Sequence record: MF547662.1
Reading direction: 5' to 3' (one strand)
DNA length: 64,000 nt
Source of the DNA: Clostridioides phage LIBA6276
Shown: positions 45,906-56,624 of the stretch, one piece after another
Position numbering within the stretch: position 1 is the first letter of the stretch
Layout: each line of letters starts with the position of its first letter
Made by a program: the position numbers and the translations under genes
Notes under the pieces: model-generated
Seen by the model: only the letters and a program-made list of their open reading frames with translations
Told to the model about the DNA's origin: nothing
Databases searched by the model: none

Positions 45906-47598
45906 TTACAACACTACTTTCAACATCTATTATATCTATATAAGAATATCCATTTTCATTGTTTTTAATAGAAAATAATATATTCATTATTAAATCCTTA
46001 GATTTAAGATTATTATTATCTTCGTTAATCATTTTGCTAAAAAATTTTTTACTACAAAAATCTTTTTTAAATAAAATTTTATCTTTCATAAAACTATAAC
46101 TAGCATTCCCATATTTTTTTATATCCATTGTATTTATTCTTAAGTCTTTAATTATAAATTTAGGTCTTTCAATTGTCCCACACCAAATATCTTCTAATTC
46201 TCCTATACATATTAAATCATTTATGTTTATATTGCTGTCAAATACAAAATCTACTTCTACATTACTTGTTATTGTTATATTTTTAAATTTATCATTTGTA
46301 TATTTTATAAACTTACTTATATTTTCTTTGGGAAACTCATATCCAAAACTAGATTCATGTCCTTTACACCAATTGAATAATTTGCTGTCTACACAAATAG
46401 ATTTAAAATTATCTATATAATTAGGGCATCTTACTGAACCTGTATAATTATTTTTATTGTCAGATTCTCTTATCATAAGTATTGGCTTGTTGAATACATT
46501 CATAAATTTATTTGCTACCAATCCTGTTACTTTTGCATCTATACTATTTGAATCAATTAATACAACCTTATCATTCTCCACTGAAAATAGTTTTACATTT
46601 CCCTTTATTGCTTTATCAGTTATATCTTTTTGCTTTCTTTTATAGTTTTTACCTATCCTTATAATAGCATCTTGTAATTTCTGTTTTTTAATTTCTCCTT
46701 TTGATTTATATGTAATTGTTTTTTCTTCACCTATAAAAGCTCTAAACAACAATTCTTTATCTTCTATTGTTCCATTTCTAATTATTGCATTTATTATGGG
46801 TGAAATACCCCAAACAACATTGTCTATCTTTAAATAATTTTTTATTTTTAAATCATGAACAAATGATAATATTAAGGGATTAGTTATATGGTTTACTTGC
46901 TTACCTATATTGAATATATATCTGTTTTCTAGTGACCTCATATCCATAGAATCACTTATATTTGCAACATTAGCCAAGTCAATATATTTATATCCTATAT
47001 CTAAATTTACTTTATCTACTATGTATCTTATGAATTTATATGTAACCATCGCCCCACTACCATCTATATTTTCTACTTCTCCATTTTTATTATTAATTAT
47101 TATGCTTGTATCTGGCACTTTAGTTAAATCATACATATGATGGTCTAATGCAATGAAATCTATTCCATTCCTATTCAATTCTATTTGTTCTTTAAAATTT
47201 TCTGATGAGCTATCTGGAGTAATCAATAGTTTTGTGTTGTCTTCAATTACTTTATCCATAACCTCTTTTGTTAGTCCATGAACTTTTGCCTTTTCAGTAT
47301 GTTGTATATAATACACATTGTCATATTGTAAGTCAAATTTAATAAACATATATATTATTGAAGAACTACAATAACCATCAACATCTGTATCCACTAGTAT
47401 ACCTATTTTATTATTATTTCTAATATTTTTTAATAAACAATTGTAGGCTCTATCAATATTGGTGTAATTATTATAATCTTCCCAATTTAAAATATCTGCA
47501 TTTAAAAGCCAATTTATTTTTTGATTATCAAGACCTCTATTTTTTAAAACAGTATTTAATACTGTATCTTCTATATGGTTTTTTAGTTCCCATTCCAA
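45898..47598 (-). CDS. DHH-family phosphoesterase (RecJ-like nuclease)
   Basis: ILVDTDVDG and ALDHH motifs. Confidence 0.55.
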   Translation of the reverse strand: MEWELKNHIEDTVLNTVLKNRGLDNQKINWLLNADILNWEDYNNYTNIDRAYNCLLKNIRNNNKIGILVDTDVDGYCSSSIIYMFIKFDLQYDNVYYIQHTEKAKVHGLTKEVMDKVIEDNTKLLITPDSSSENFKEQIELNRNGIDFIALDHHMYDLTKVPDTSIIINNKNGEVENIDGSGAMVTYKFIRYIVDKVNLDIGYKYIDLANVANISDSMDMRSLENRYIFNIGKQVNHITNPLILSFVHDLKIKNYLKIDNVVWGISPIINAIIRNGTIEDKELLFRAFIGEEKTITYKSKGEIKKQKLQDAIIRIGKNYKRKQKDITDKAIKGNVKLFSVENDKVVLIDSNSIDAKVTGLVANKFMNVFNKPILMIRESDNKNNYTGSVRCPNYIDNFKSICVDSKLFNWCKGHESSFGYEFPKENISKFIKYTNDKFKNITITSNVEVDFVFDSNININDLICIGELEDIWCGTIERPKFIIKDLRINTMDIKKYGNASYSFMKDKILFKKDFCSKKFFSKMINEDNNNLKSKDLIMNILFSIKNNENGYSYIDIIDVESSVVNE

Positions 47599-48480
47599 TC
47601 AATCACCTACTTTAATTTTATTTTTTAACAATTTTTCAAAAACATCTTTCCCTTTATCTATTGGAGAGTCTTTGTAAGACAATAAATTCTCTACATCCCA
47701 TAACACATATACATCTACTAACCCAGATAGATTTTTAGTCATTTTTTTTATTTTATTCCACCATTTAGTACAATCATCATCTTCTAGTTCTTGAAATTGT
47801 CTATCATATGCTATTATGATTTCTGTTACTCCTAAATCCAAAATCATTTTTTTCTGATAATTAGAAAATGAACTTCCACAGGTCGCAACTGCTATATTAT
47901 TTTTAGGATATATGGTCTCAAACTTTAATACTGATTTTTCACCTTCAAATATAAAAACTTTTTTCTTATGTCTTATATTTTCTTTGTTTTTATTTAATCC
48001 ATACAAATTCTTTCCTAATGGATGGTTATATCCTTTATCATCTAACCATAATGGATAATATTTTCCATATCTTTTCGTTAGATATTTATTAAATGCTCTT
48101 ACTCTTATGCCTACAACTTCATTATTAATATTCATATGTGGAATTACAACCCTATTGTTCTCTATATCATACCTTACATCAAAATTTTTTATAGCTTCAA
48201 ATGATATTCCTTCCTCTTCCCATTGCTTAATGCGTTTTTGTGGGTACGTCCTGTGTAAAAAAGGCTTATCTATACGATTTAATATTTCAACTTCTATATC
48301 TAATATGGATTTGCTTTTAGTTAGATTAAGTGTACCAAAACCTATTTTTGGTTCGTAACAATATGTGCATTTCACTATATCTGTGATGAATTTAATGGAA
48401 CTTTTAAAATCTATATTTTTAGATGCCATAACCAAATCAAATAAAGACATATTTCCACAATTAGTAAAACAAGTAAACAA
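47599..48480 (-). CDS. DNA primase (Toprim domain)
   Basis: VFIFEGEKS and IIAYDRQ Toprim-like acidic motifs. Confidence 0.4.
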   Translation of the reverse strand: MFTCFTNCGNMSLFDLVMASKNIDFKSSIKFITDIVKCTYCYEPKIGFGTLNLTKSKSILDIEVEILNRIDKPFLHRTYPQKRIKQWEEEGISFEAIKNFDVRYDIENNRVVIPHMNINNEVVGIRVRAFNKYLTKRYGKYYPLWLDDKGYNHPLGKNLYGLNKNKENIRHKKKVFIFEGEKSVLKFETIYPKNNIAVATCGSSFSNYQKKMILDLGVTEIIIAYDRQFQELEDDDCTKWWNKIKKMTKNLSGLVDVYVLWDVENLLSYKDSPIDKGKDVFEKLLKNKIKVGD

Positions 48481-48673
48481 CTTTGAATCTTTATGATAAT
48501 ATAATTTATAGCTACACTCATCATTTGGATTATTGTGACATATTGTTTTAAATATTAATTCTTTGTCATTACTTCTTTCAGATAAATCACTTCCAAGTTC
48601 ACTAAGTATTTTTATTATATCTTCTTCAGTTATGCTTTTTAAAAGCTCTTTCGCATCTATATATAATCACCTC

Positions 48674-50275
48674 CTAATAGGTTAATTGCCCAACAAATAC
48701 GTTATCACAATATGCTTTTTCTATAAATCTTCCTGACCTTCCATCCATTTCATACAATAATATTTTATTATCGTCATCACCAGACCTAGTTTTATTTACA
48801 AATAATAAAATGTGTTTTTTTCTAATATCTATACAATTTTTGTCAAACTCTCTTTCTTTTCCTTCTTTTGTGGAACTATCTATAATCTCTAAATATGACT
48901 TTTGAAGCTTCCCTTCTAACCTACCTTTTTTCCATCTGTACGGTTTTAAAAAATATCTATCTTTTTCGGGATTTAGTTCATCTGGTATTATTTTTCTCAT
49001 CAATGTTATTGTATGCCCCACCTCTTTAATTTGTTTTGCATTTGATATACAAGCAGCAGTCAAATAACTGACTTTCCCTTCAGTATAAGTTGCTAATTGT
49101 ATAGGAAAAATTATCCTCATCCTCATTTGTTTTCCAAACTTATCAAAATCTCTAGCTGCTTCATTCATTTCACCTGTAGAATTTCCTGATGAGGCATCTT
49201 CAGCTTTGAAAGTATCAAGTATCAAAGTATCATAACCTTCACTCAAACTTAATTTTTTGGCTATTTTTTTTATTTTTTCAGTGTTAAAATCATACATTGA
49301 TATAAATTTAAGTTTTCCTGGTATTGAATATTTCTCTTCAATAAATTTATTTGCTAAGTAGAAAGTTTTTTCTTCTTCAATTGTAAAATCAAAATTTTTA
49401 ACTTTTCTTCTAGTCATTGTATGACAATTAAATATAGCATTTGATATATATGTTATTAATATCTGTTTGTAGTATTCACTTTGTTGTTCGTTACTTATTA
49501 TCAAGACTTTACAATCAGATTCTACTAGCCCCATAGCCATATTTAAAGTAAAAGTTGTTTTTCCAGTGCCACTATGACCTGCTATAAAATATATACCATT
49601 TGAATGCCCTACTCCATCTATTATGTTACTCAACATAGGCATACCCTGAACATATCTTTCTTCTCCAGTATCAGTTTGCCATCTTAAAGCTATTGCAAAA
49701 CTAGCTGAGTTATCATCTTCATTATTTTTCTTTTTTAATATTTCTTCTGAAGTATAATGCAAGTCTTCTATAACAACATCATTTCCAACTAAATTAATAC
49801 TACTATCTGCTAATAACATTTCATAAAAATCATGAACTTGAGATGCAGTCATAGAAGGAAATAAGTCTATTGGTTTTACTTTTACACCTTCCACTTCAAT
49901 TTCCTTATCTATATTAAAGCCTTTACTTTCTAGCCTTATTATAAGATTAGATTTTTCTAAATCATCTATATATTTTTTTTGATTGTGTATATTTCCTAAA
50001 TCTCTAACTTTTTGTATGCTTTCCCAACCACCATATTTTTCATATAATTCATTTAATGAAGGAGACATTCCTACAAATGCTGATACCGTCACTTCATCTA
50101 TCTCTTTATATTTTGTACTTAATTCTCTTATGAGATTGTAAAAAAATTTAGTTTTCGGAAAAGTAAAGTCATTTTCAGATAGAGGATAGTCAGCAATTAT
50201 ACTTATATCTTGCAACAGAACCGATATCACAAGGCTTTCAATATTCCCTCTATTTTCTAATACCATTTTCTCCAA
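48674..50275 (-). CDS. DnaB-like replicative helicase
   Basis: Walker A IAGHSGTGKTTFTLNMAMG plus a RecA-like core. Confidence 0.6.
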   Translation of the reverse strand: MEKMVLENRGNIESLVISVLLQDISIIADYPLSENDFTFPKTKFFYNLIRELSTKYKEIDEVTVSAFVGMSPSLNELYEKYGGWESIQKVRDLGNIHNQKKYIDDLEKSNLIIRLESKGFNIDKEIEVEGVKVKPIDLFPSMTASQVHDFYEMLLADSSINLVGNDVVIEDLHYTSEEILKKKNNEDDNSASFAIALRWQTDTGEERYVQGMPMLSNIIDGVGHSNGIYFIAGHSGTGKTTFTLNMAMGLVESDCKVLIISNEQQSEYYKQILITYISNAIFNCHTMTRRKVKNFDFTIEEEKTFYLANKFIEEKYSIPGKLKFISMYDFNTEKIKKIAKKLSLSEGYDTLILDTFKAEDASSGNSTGEMNEAARDFDKFGKQMRMRIIFPIQLATYTEGKVSYLTAACISNAKQIKEVGHTITLMRKIIPDELNPEKDRYFLKPYRWKKGRLEGKLQKSYLEIIDSSTKEGKEREFDKNCIDIRKKHILLFVNKTRSGDDDNKILLYEMDGRSGRFIEKAYCDNVFVGQLTY

Positions 50276-50807
50276 CCTCCTTTATTAAATCCTTTAAGGT
50301 TGTTGTTCTTTTTTTTCTCGCTACTGGAATTTTCATTGTTTCTTCAGGTATGTCCACTAAATCCATCTCAGTTTCTTTTTTCTCTTTTCTTTGTATATTT
50401 TTCTTTACAACTGTAACATCTCTTATATTATTTTTTAATATTGTAAATATATAGCATAGTTTTTGATATTCATTTTCTATATCTTTTCTAAACTCTAAAG
50501 CGTCAATTATTTGATTTTTCATTTCTAAAATACAATTATAAACATCTTCTCTTGTATAACCGTTATCTAACATCTCTTTTATCATTTTAGTCTTATTTTT
50601 TGCGATACATTTGTAACCAATAATACTATCTATTCCTAATAAAATTTGATTCCATAGCCATTTCTCTCTTTCTTCTAATCTATAGTGTAATTCACAACAA
50701 TAATTTCGTTTTTCTTCTCTACCCGTTTTAGTAATATGAATCACTGAGTATATATCTTCAGCTAGAAATTTTTCTTTACAGTATCTACAAGTTATTTTTC
50801 TTCCCAA
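50250..50807 (-). CDS. hypothetical protein (C4 cluster at the N-terminus)
   Basis: CRYC...CCELHY. Confidence 0.3.
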   Translation of the reverse strand: MGRKITCRYCKEKFLAEDIYSVIHITKTGREEKRNYCCELHYRLEEREKWLWNQILLGIDSIIGYKCIAKNKTKMIKEMLDNGYTREDVYNCILEMKNQIIDALEFRKDIENEYQKLCYIFTILKNNIRDVTVVKKNIQRKEKKETEMDLVDIPEETMKIPVARKKRTTTLKDLIKEVGENGIRK

Positions 50808-50873
50808 TAATTCTCCTCCTTCTTATTGTTGATGTTAAAAAGTCGCCCTAATTGAGCGACCTTTTAAATTATT

Positions 50874-51449
50874 CTATATTCTTCCAGAACGCTTAGGTTG
50901 GGTACTTTGAATATCTTGAGATGTATTTTTTTTACTAGGAGGTTTAACTTGAGAATTGCCATCATCATCCTCGCAAAATGATAATTGAAGTAGGCTGCCT
51001 AGTGCATAACGCTTACTATATGTTTCTGTTGCTCCATATCCTTGAATATCTAATTTACTCGGTTTTATAGGTACACTATCAGACTCCATAAACTGACCGC
51101 TAGAATGCCATAATACAGTTTTAATTGATACTGAATTGTTTCCACCAGAAATGGGAAATTGAGTTATACATAAATCAAATTTTGCTAATATTGGTCTTAT
51201 TGTTGTTAGAATATCATCTAAATTTGCATATTTGCTATTATAAAATGGATTATTAGAACTCTTTTCAATACTTTCTACCTCTTTTTGAAAATCAACTAAA
51301 CTTACTAATAAATCTTTTATATTTTCACTTCTGCGAAATGGTATTAATGAATCTTTATTCTCATTTTCTTTTAAATCTCCAACCATTTTTCTTATTACAT
51401 CTTTTAATTGTTTTACTTCGCTCTCTATGTTAGCTATTTGTTCTTCCAT
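50874..51449 (-). CDS. ERF-family single-strand annealing protein
   Basis: KYANLDDILTTIRPILAKFDL ERF-like motif. Confidence 0.45.
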   Translation of the reverse strand: MEEQIANIESEVKQLKDVIRKMVGDLKENENKDSLIPFRRSENIKDLLVSLVDFQKEVESIEKSSNNPFYNSKYANLDDILTTIRPILAKFDLCITQFPISGGNNSVSIKTVLWHSSGQFMESDSVPIKPSKLDIQGYGATETYSKRYALGSLLQLSFCEDDDGNSQVKPPSKKNTSQDIQSTQPKRSGRI

Positions 51450-51489
51450 AAAACCCTCCTTTTAATTTTATTCAGTTTATAAATATTAA

Positions 51490-52335
51490 TTAAAATGGTA
51501 AATCTGATTCTTCAATATTTATGTTATTTTTTTGTGCATCTTTTTCTTTCATGGCATTTTCTTTTTCTTCCATTTTATCTATCATGGCTACTATATTATC
51601 CTTATAGAATGGATTAGGCTTCCCATCTTCACCAAAATCATTTTCTTTTGATATCTTATTTCCTGAACCTCCAGTTATTCTAAGATATTTTATTATTTTA
51701 TCTTTTTTCCCTGTACCAAATCCACCAGTTCCTTCTATTATCTCAGTTACTATATCTCCTTCTAATTGTGGTACATCTCCCACTTTATATAGCTTTTCAA
51801 ATTCTTTTATTACTTCTGTATTATCAATTACAAGTCTAACTCTAAATCCATTATCATTGTATTTATTCATTATTCCTATTACTTCTAATCCCTCTTCTAT
51901 TTTTATTATTTCCTCCAAGTATACATATGCTCTCCATAATATACCTGCCTTTATAGGTAGTTTTGCATCTTTTTGTCTGTTACAAAATTTACCTTGTATT
52001 CTAAATCCTTCATGTTTTTCTCCATCACTATAATATGTATTGTCATCTAATTGACAGGTGCATCTAACTATTTCTCCTCTACCCTCTTCTGCTCTAGTTA
52101 CAATATCATTCACAACTGTTTCTAATCCCTGTGATATCTTATTAACTCCTCCAGCAGATGTGTATATGCTTCCATAATAATCAACTATTTCATTCTTATC
52201 TTGTGATATAGCAACATTAAGTTTAAACTTTATTGCTTCTTGTGGAGTTCCTTCTTTTACTCTTTCTGCTGCTAATATATCTAACACTTCCCCACTAACA
52301 AAAACTTCATTGTAATTTACATTTTTTTTCGCCAT
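51490..52335 (-). CDS. SSB-like protein with a C-terminal acidic D-L-P-F tip
   Basis: ...EESDLPF terminus resembles the SSB DDDIPF tail; adjacent to the ERF gene. Confidence 0.35.
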   Translation of the reverse strand: MAKKNVNYNEVFVSGEVLDILAAERVKEGTPQEAIKFKLNVAISQDKNEIVDYYGSIYTSAGGVNKISQGLETVVNDIVTRAEEGRGEIVRCTCQLDDNTYYSDGEKHEGFRIQGKFCNRQKDAKLPIKAGILWRAYVYLEEIIKIEEGLEVIGIMNKYNDNGFRVRLVIDNTEVIKEFEKLYKVGDVPQLEGDIVTEIIEGTGGFGTGKKDKIIKYLRITGGSGNKISKENDFGEDGKPNPFYKDNIVAMIDKMEEKENAMKEKDAQKNNINIEESDLPF

Positions 52336-52647
52336 AAATATTCTCCTCTTTTATTTTGTATTTTATTCAGTTGTAATCATTCTTAATTTTTCTATATACT
52401 TATAATAACATGTTCTATTTATTATTTCAATACTTATTTTTAATTTTATTTATTTTAACTAAAAAATCCTCCCCAATACAATAAACCAAAAATTACTAGC
52501 TTTGAAATTGTAGATACTCCAAAACTTATTTTCATTTCTTTTACCTTTCCATTATTAGCTAAAGACACTCCTAATTGCATAACGTATATTATTATTACTA
52601 AAATTTGTGGTATTCCTAATTTCATTTAACCTCTCCTTTTAATATGA

Positions 52648-53313
52648 TTACATCATTAATTCTTTATATTTTGGTAATGTTTTAAAGAAATCACATAAAA
52701 TCCTCCATTCTTCCATTTTATGATTTTCTCTTTGATTTATCATAGATTTTATTTGTAGATAATTTAATGTAACTCTTGCAGTTAACATTAATCCTGATGG
52801 GCAATTTGATATTATAATTTTCCAAAGAGTTTCCTTTGTGGCTCTAATATTTTCTCCATTTCTAAGAGTGACTTCATCAGATGCGGTTAATTTTAATTCC
52901 TGAAAATTATTATAATCGTAAATCAATTCATTCAGGAAGTTTATTGTATTTTTAACAACATACTTATTACACATATCATCAATATTAAATTTGGTTAATC
53001 TGTGCATTTTACTTTGACTAGATACATAGTCATTATGATGATATCTATCCCACTGTCTCCACATATATTCTGACCATTGCAAATCCATTTGGACAATAAT
53101 TCCTTTAGAGAAGCAATCATGGCCTGAACCTTGTTTTGATTTGCCTAATTGACATGCTCGTTGTAAATCTTTTTCTGAAATATTTACTTCTCTCATATCT
53201 TTAATCTGTTGCTGCATAGGATAACCACTCGAAATTATACTTTCTTTAATTCCATAAACACACACATTTGATACATCAATAATTCCTGGTATTTTTATTC
53301 CATTTACTTTCAA
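52648..53313 (-). CDS. hypothetical protein
   Basis: ORF. Confidence 0.3.
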   Translation of the reverse strand: MKVNGIKIPGIIDVSNVCVYGIKESIISSGYPMQQQIKDMREVNISEKDLQRACQLGKSKQGSGHDCFSKGIIVQMDLQWSEYMWRQWDRYHHNDYVSSQSKMHRLTKFNIDDMCNKYVVKNTINFLNELIYDYNNFQELKLTASDEVTLRNGENIRATKETLWKIIISNCPSGLMLTARVTLNYLQIKSMINQRENHKMEEWRILCDFFKTLPKYKELMM

Positions 53314-53324
53314 TTTATCAACTC

Positions 53325-53897
53325 CTAACCTTCCACAATAATATAACCTTCTTTATAATGTCTTCCCATATTGTTCACCCTTTTATAATACTTATAATCA
53401 CTCTCCCCTTTTATTCTTGGCACAAATACATCTATTGCATTAGAATTTCCAAAATATTTATTAGAACCTCTGTCTTTGACTACCTTTAAATTTCCATCAA
53501 CTAATATTTTAGTTCCGAATTTAAGATGATTATTGGCCACAAACCCATATTGTAATTTTTCTCCTGTAGCTGTAATAGCTCCATATTTACTATTTTCACA
53601 GTTTAAAGAAGTATAGTAACTTACTTCCCATGTTACAGGAATTAATTTTTCTATTTTTATTCCTAAGTCCTTTTCTAAATTAATTCTCTTGATTTCTAAT
53701 TTATATTCAGAACTATTTTTGTGTTGCTCCCACTCATATTTATACATTAAGTTAATATTTTTAGCTGTATCTGCTACAATATTTTTATCCATCCTGCTAG
53801 TACTCATTTCTTTAGTATTAGCAAATATATGTATGCTACTACCCATTACTAAAACACTTGTTACTAATATATTTCTCCACCTCATAAAGACCTCCAA
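53325..53897 (-). CDS. secreted 3D-domain protein (cell-wall-active)
   Basis: signal peptide; FGTKILVDG...VKDRGSNKYFGNSNAIDVFVP 3D-domain pattern. Confidence 0.5.
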   Translation of the reverse strand: MEVFMRWRNILVTSVLVMGSSIHIFANTKEMSTSRMDKNIVADTAKNINLMYKYEWEQHKNSSEYKLEIKRINLEKDLGIKIEKLIPVTWEVSYYTSLNCENSKYGAITATGEKLQYGFVANNHLKFGTKILVDGNLKVVKDRGSNKYFGNSNAIDVFVPRIKGESDYKYYKRVNNMGRHYKEGYIIVEG

Positions 53898-54093
53898 TCA
53901 TATTAAAATGATAATTTTAAATACTTATTTATTCTTCAAGAGCATCATCTAACTCTTCGTCTGTTGGCTTTCTCCCTTCTCCATTCCATTCAAAAGCATC
54001 TTCTAAATATGCATTTGGATTATAACAACAATAATCGCAATCTCTATTTTTATTCTCACATCTTTCTTTAAATTTACAACTCATTCTAACCTC

Positions 54094-54525
54094 CTAAATT
54101 TCTTTATTATTTATTTTATCTAATACTAAATTCACCTGTTTATTTGCTTTTTTAACTTCAATTCTTGCTAGACATAACTCAACACCTTTATTTAAATTAA
54201 ATTCATCTGTATCATGGCAAGTAGAGGATGCTTTAAAATTTCCTTTTCTAACTTCTACTTTTTTCCCATTTGTTCTATATAGATATGCTCCAGAGAAATC
54301 TCCTCTTATAGACCATGCACCCCATTCATATTTTTTCTTTTGTTGAACAATTTCAAAATATGCTTCAAATTCACTATAGTTCATAAAACCTATTCCATAA
54401 TCTGTTTTAAAATGTATAGCTCCATTATTTCCCACAGATGTAATAATAAATATATCTCCTATTTTTAACATCTCAAAACCTTGTATTTCTTTCATTAATC
54501 TTATTTTAGTTCCTTCTATTAACAT
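54094..54525 (-). CDS. hypothetical protein
   Basis: ORF. Confidence 0.3.
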   Translation of the reverse strand: MLIEGTKIRLMKEIQGFEMLKIGDIFIITSVGNNGAIHFKTDYGIGFMNYSEFEAYFEIVQQKKKYEWGAWSIRGDFSGAYLYRTNGKKVEVRKGNFKASSTCHDTDEFNLNKGVELCLARIEVKKANKQVNLVLDKINNKEI

Positions 54526-55640
54526 ATTTTCTTCATCCTTTCTATTCTATTATTATATTTATCAATTGCTTCTTGCTCTCTTTCATTGACATCTCTATTA
54601 TATTTACCTTTAGCTTGGACTATTTTGCCATTTCTAACTTCAATTGTTACTAAACTTTTACTTGGATTATCCTTTTTTCTCATAAATAATATATGACATT
54701 TTCCATCTATAACATTTTGAATATAACTACTTACACAATTATTTTGTTGTACTGCTTCATCTTTAATTTCATTTGTATTTTTAGGGTATATAAATTTATA
54801 ATCTTGATATGAATATTCTAGTGACTTGTCTATTCTTTTATTAAATACTTCTTCTTCAAATTGAGTTTTAAGACGATTATAATTTCGAGATGCTATTTTA
54901 TGAGTTGTTAAGAAATGTCTTGGATATTTTTCATATTTATCACTTATTACACTCATCATAACAACATAGTCATATAATTCGTTTAGAGTGCTTTCAAGCC
55001 CATTTAATGCTTCATATGTCATCAGATTATCTATATAATTTATAAGTGATTGAGGTTTATATTTATATATGTCTATTAATCTATCAAATATCATTCTATC
55101 ATAACCAGAATCAAGAATTGAAATTAAATTAGTTTTTCTTATTGAATTCAATTCTAAGCTTAATAAATTATTATATAAATTTGGGTTTTTACTATACCCT
55201 TGTATCAATCGGTCACTCAAAGTAATACTATGATTCCTACAGATAGAAATAAGACCTTTAGGTATACTCTTAATATCACAATGTATCGGATAAATTATTT
55301 TTTTTAATCCTGCTGAGAATAATTGTTCATACTCAGAATAATTATTTATTTCATTTAAAAAACTTCCTATATTTCTTATTCTTTCAACTCTCCTTCCCCA
55401 AGTTCTGCTACTCTTACTTCTATTTACTCTTCCGTCTACAAAATTTAAAAAACACTTATAATTTTCATCTTCAAAAGAATTTATTACCTCATGTAAATCA
55501 TATCCTCTAAGCTGAGTGCATACATCTTTTACAATCCTTCCAGATTTACCAATACATTCTCCTGTTGCTAAATTATATTTTACATTCTTCCCATCTTCAA
55601 ATTCAAATACTAAAAACTGTTTTTCTTTATAAGATTTCAA
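54519..55640 (-). CDS. hypothetical protein, possibly PcfJ-like
   Basis: weak resemblance only. Confidence 0.25.
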   Translation of the reverse strand: MKSYKEKQFLVFEFEDGKNVKYNLATGECIGKSGRIVKDVCTQLRGYDLHEVINSFEDENYKCFLNFVDGRVNRSKSSRTWGRRVERIRNIGSFLNEINNYSEYEQLFSAGLKKIIYPIHCDIKSIPKGLISICRNHSITLSDRLIQGYSKNPNLYNNLLSLELNSIRKTNLISILDSGYDRMIFDRLIDIYKYKPQSLINYIDNLMTYEALNGLESTLNELYDYVVMMSVISDKYEKYPRHFLTTHKIASRNYNRLKTQFEEEVFNKRIDKSLEYSYQDYKFIYPKNTNEIKDEAVQQNNCVSSYIQNVIDGKCHILFMRKKDNPSKSLVTIEVRNGKIVQAKGKYNRDVNEREQEAIDKYNNRIERMKKIC

Positions 55641-55718
55641 ATATTAATCACTACCTCCTTTACATCTTGATGACAATTGTATGACATAAGTTATTTTTCC
55701 ACCTATGTAATAATCATT

Positions 55719-56027
55719 TTAGATTTTTTTAGAATTTATATATTTTTCTTTTAAACCTTTATTACCTCTTGTTTCCATAATTTTATTTATAGATTTTATA
55801 TAGTTTATATCATTAGAAATTCTCTTAAGACTTGTTATAAAGTAGACAGAATAGCTTCTTGGTATCTTCTTTTTGATAGCTAAATCAATTACTGTTCTAG
55901 CAGCATTGTAACTTTTTAAATGAGTATGCCCTTCTTCAAATTTTTTATTTGTATTATAAACAATATATCCAGTTTTACATTTGATAATAATATATTCTTT
56001 TTTCTCATATATTTTATTTGTATCCAT
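55719..56027 (-). CDS. hypothetical protein
   Basis: ORF. Confidence 0.3.
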   Translation of the reverse strand: MDTNKIYEKKEYIIIKCKTGYIVYNTNKKFEEGHTHLKSYNAARTVIDLAIKKKIPRSYSVYFITSLKRISNDINYIKSINKIMETRGNKGLKEKYINSKKI

Positions 56028-56278
56028 TACAAATCCTCAATTTTATGCCATATCATTTCTAACTTTCCATGTTTTCTATTTAGCCTTCTTCTAATTTCAT
56101 ATGCAGATTTAATTTCTTCTTTTACATTTTGCCACTTATCTAAAACTTCTTCATATTCTTTATTCTCTTCTTTTAAAAATAGTATTTCTTCATTCAATTC
56201 ACTAATTTTGATATTTAACTCTCTGTTCTTTTCTAATAAATTATAATATCTTTGTTCATCTATAAGTATTGAAATCAC
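56027..56278 (-). CDS. hypothetical coiled-coil protein
   Basis: ORF. Confidence 0.3.
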   Translation of the reverse strand: MISILIDEQRYYNLLEKNRELNIKISELNEEILFLKEENKEYEEVLDKWQNVKEEIKSAYEIRRRLNRKHGKLEMIWHKIEDL

Positions 56279-56400
56279 TACCTTTCACAAACTTCGTATA
56301 TGCCATTTTAAGCAATAAAGGTATAAACACAAGCAGTCATTTTTACAAAACCTTAGAATGTCATATACGAGACCATGTTTTTTAATTTAAAACTGACATT

Positions 56401-56610
56401 TTATAGTTTATATTTTCCATCATCCCTTGGATATAGAAATTTTATATCTTTAAGGTCTAAACCATTTCTCTCGTAATAATTCTTTGCTCTTATACATTCT
56501 CCTGGCGACACTCCATATAATTTAATTAAATCTCTAAAATTTATAAAATGTTTTTGGCCATCATTTTTTGATGTAATCTCCCATTCAAATACAACGTATT
56601 TAACTTTCAC
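56401..56610 (-). CDS. hypothetical protein
   Basis: ORF. Confidence 0.3.
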   Translation of the reverse strand: MKVKYVVFEWEITSKNDGQKHFINFRDLIKLYGVSPGECIRAKNYYERNGLDLKDIKFLYPRDDGKYKL

Positions 56611-56624
56611 TTTACACCTCTATT

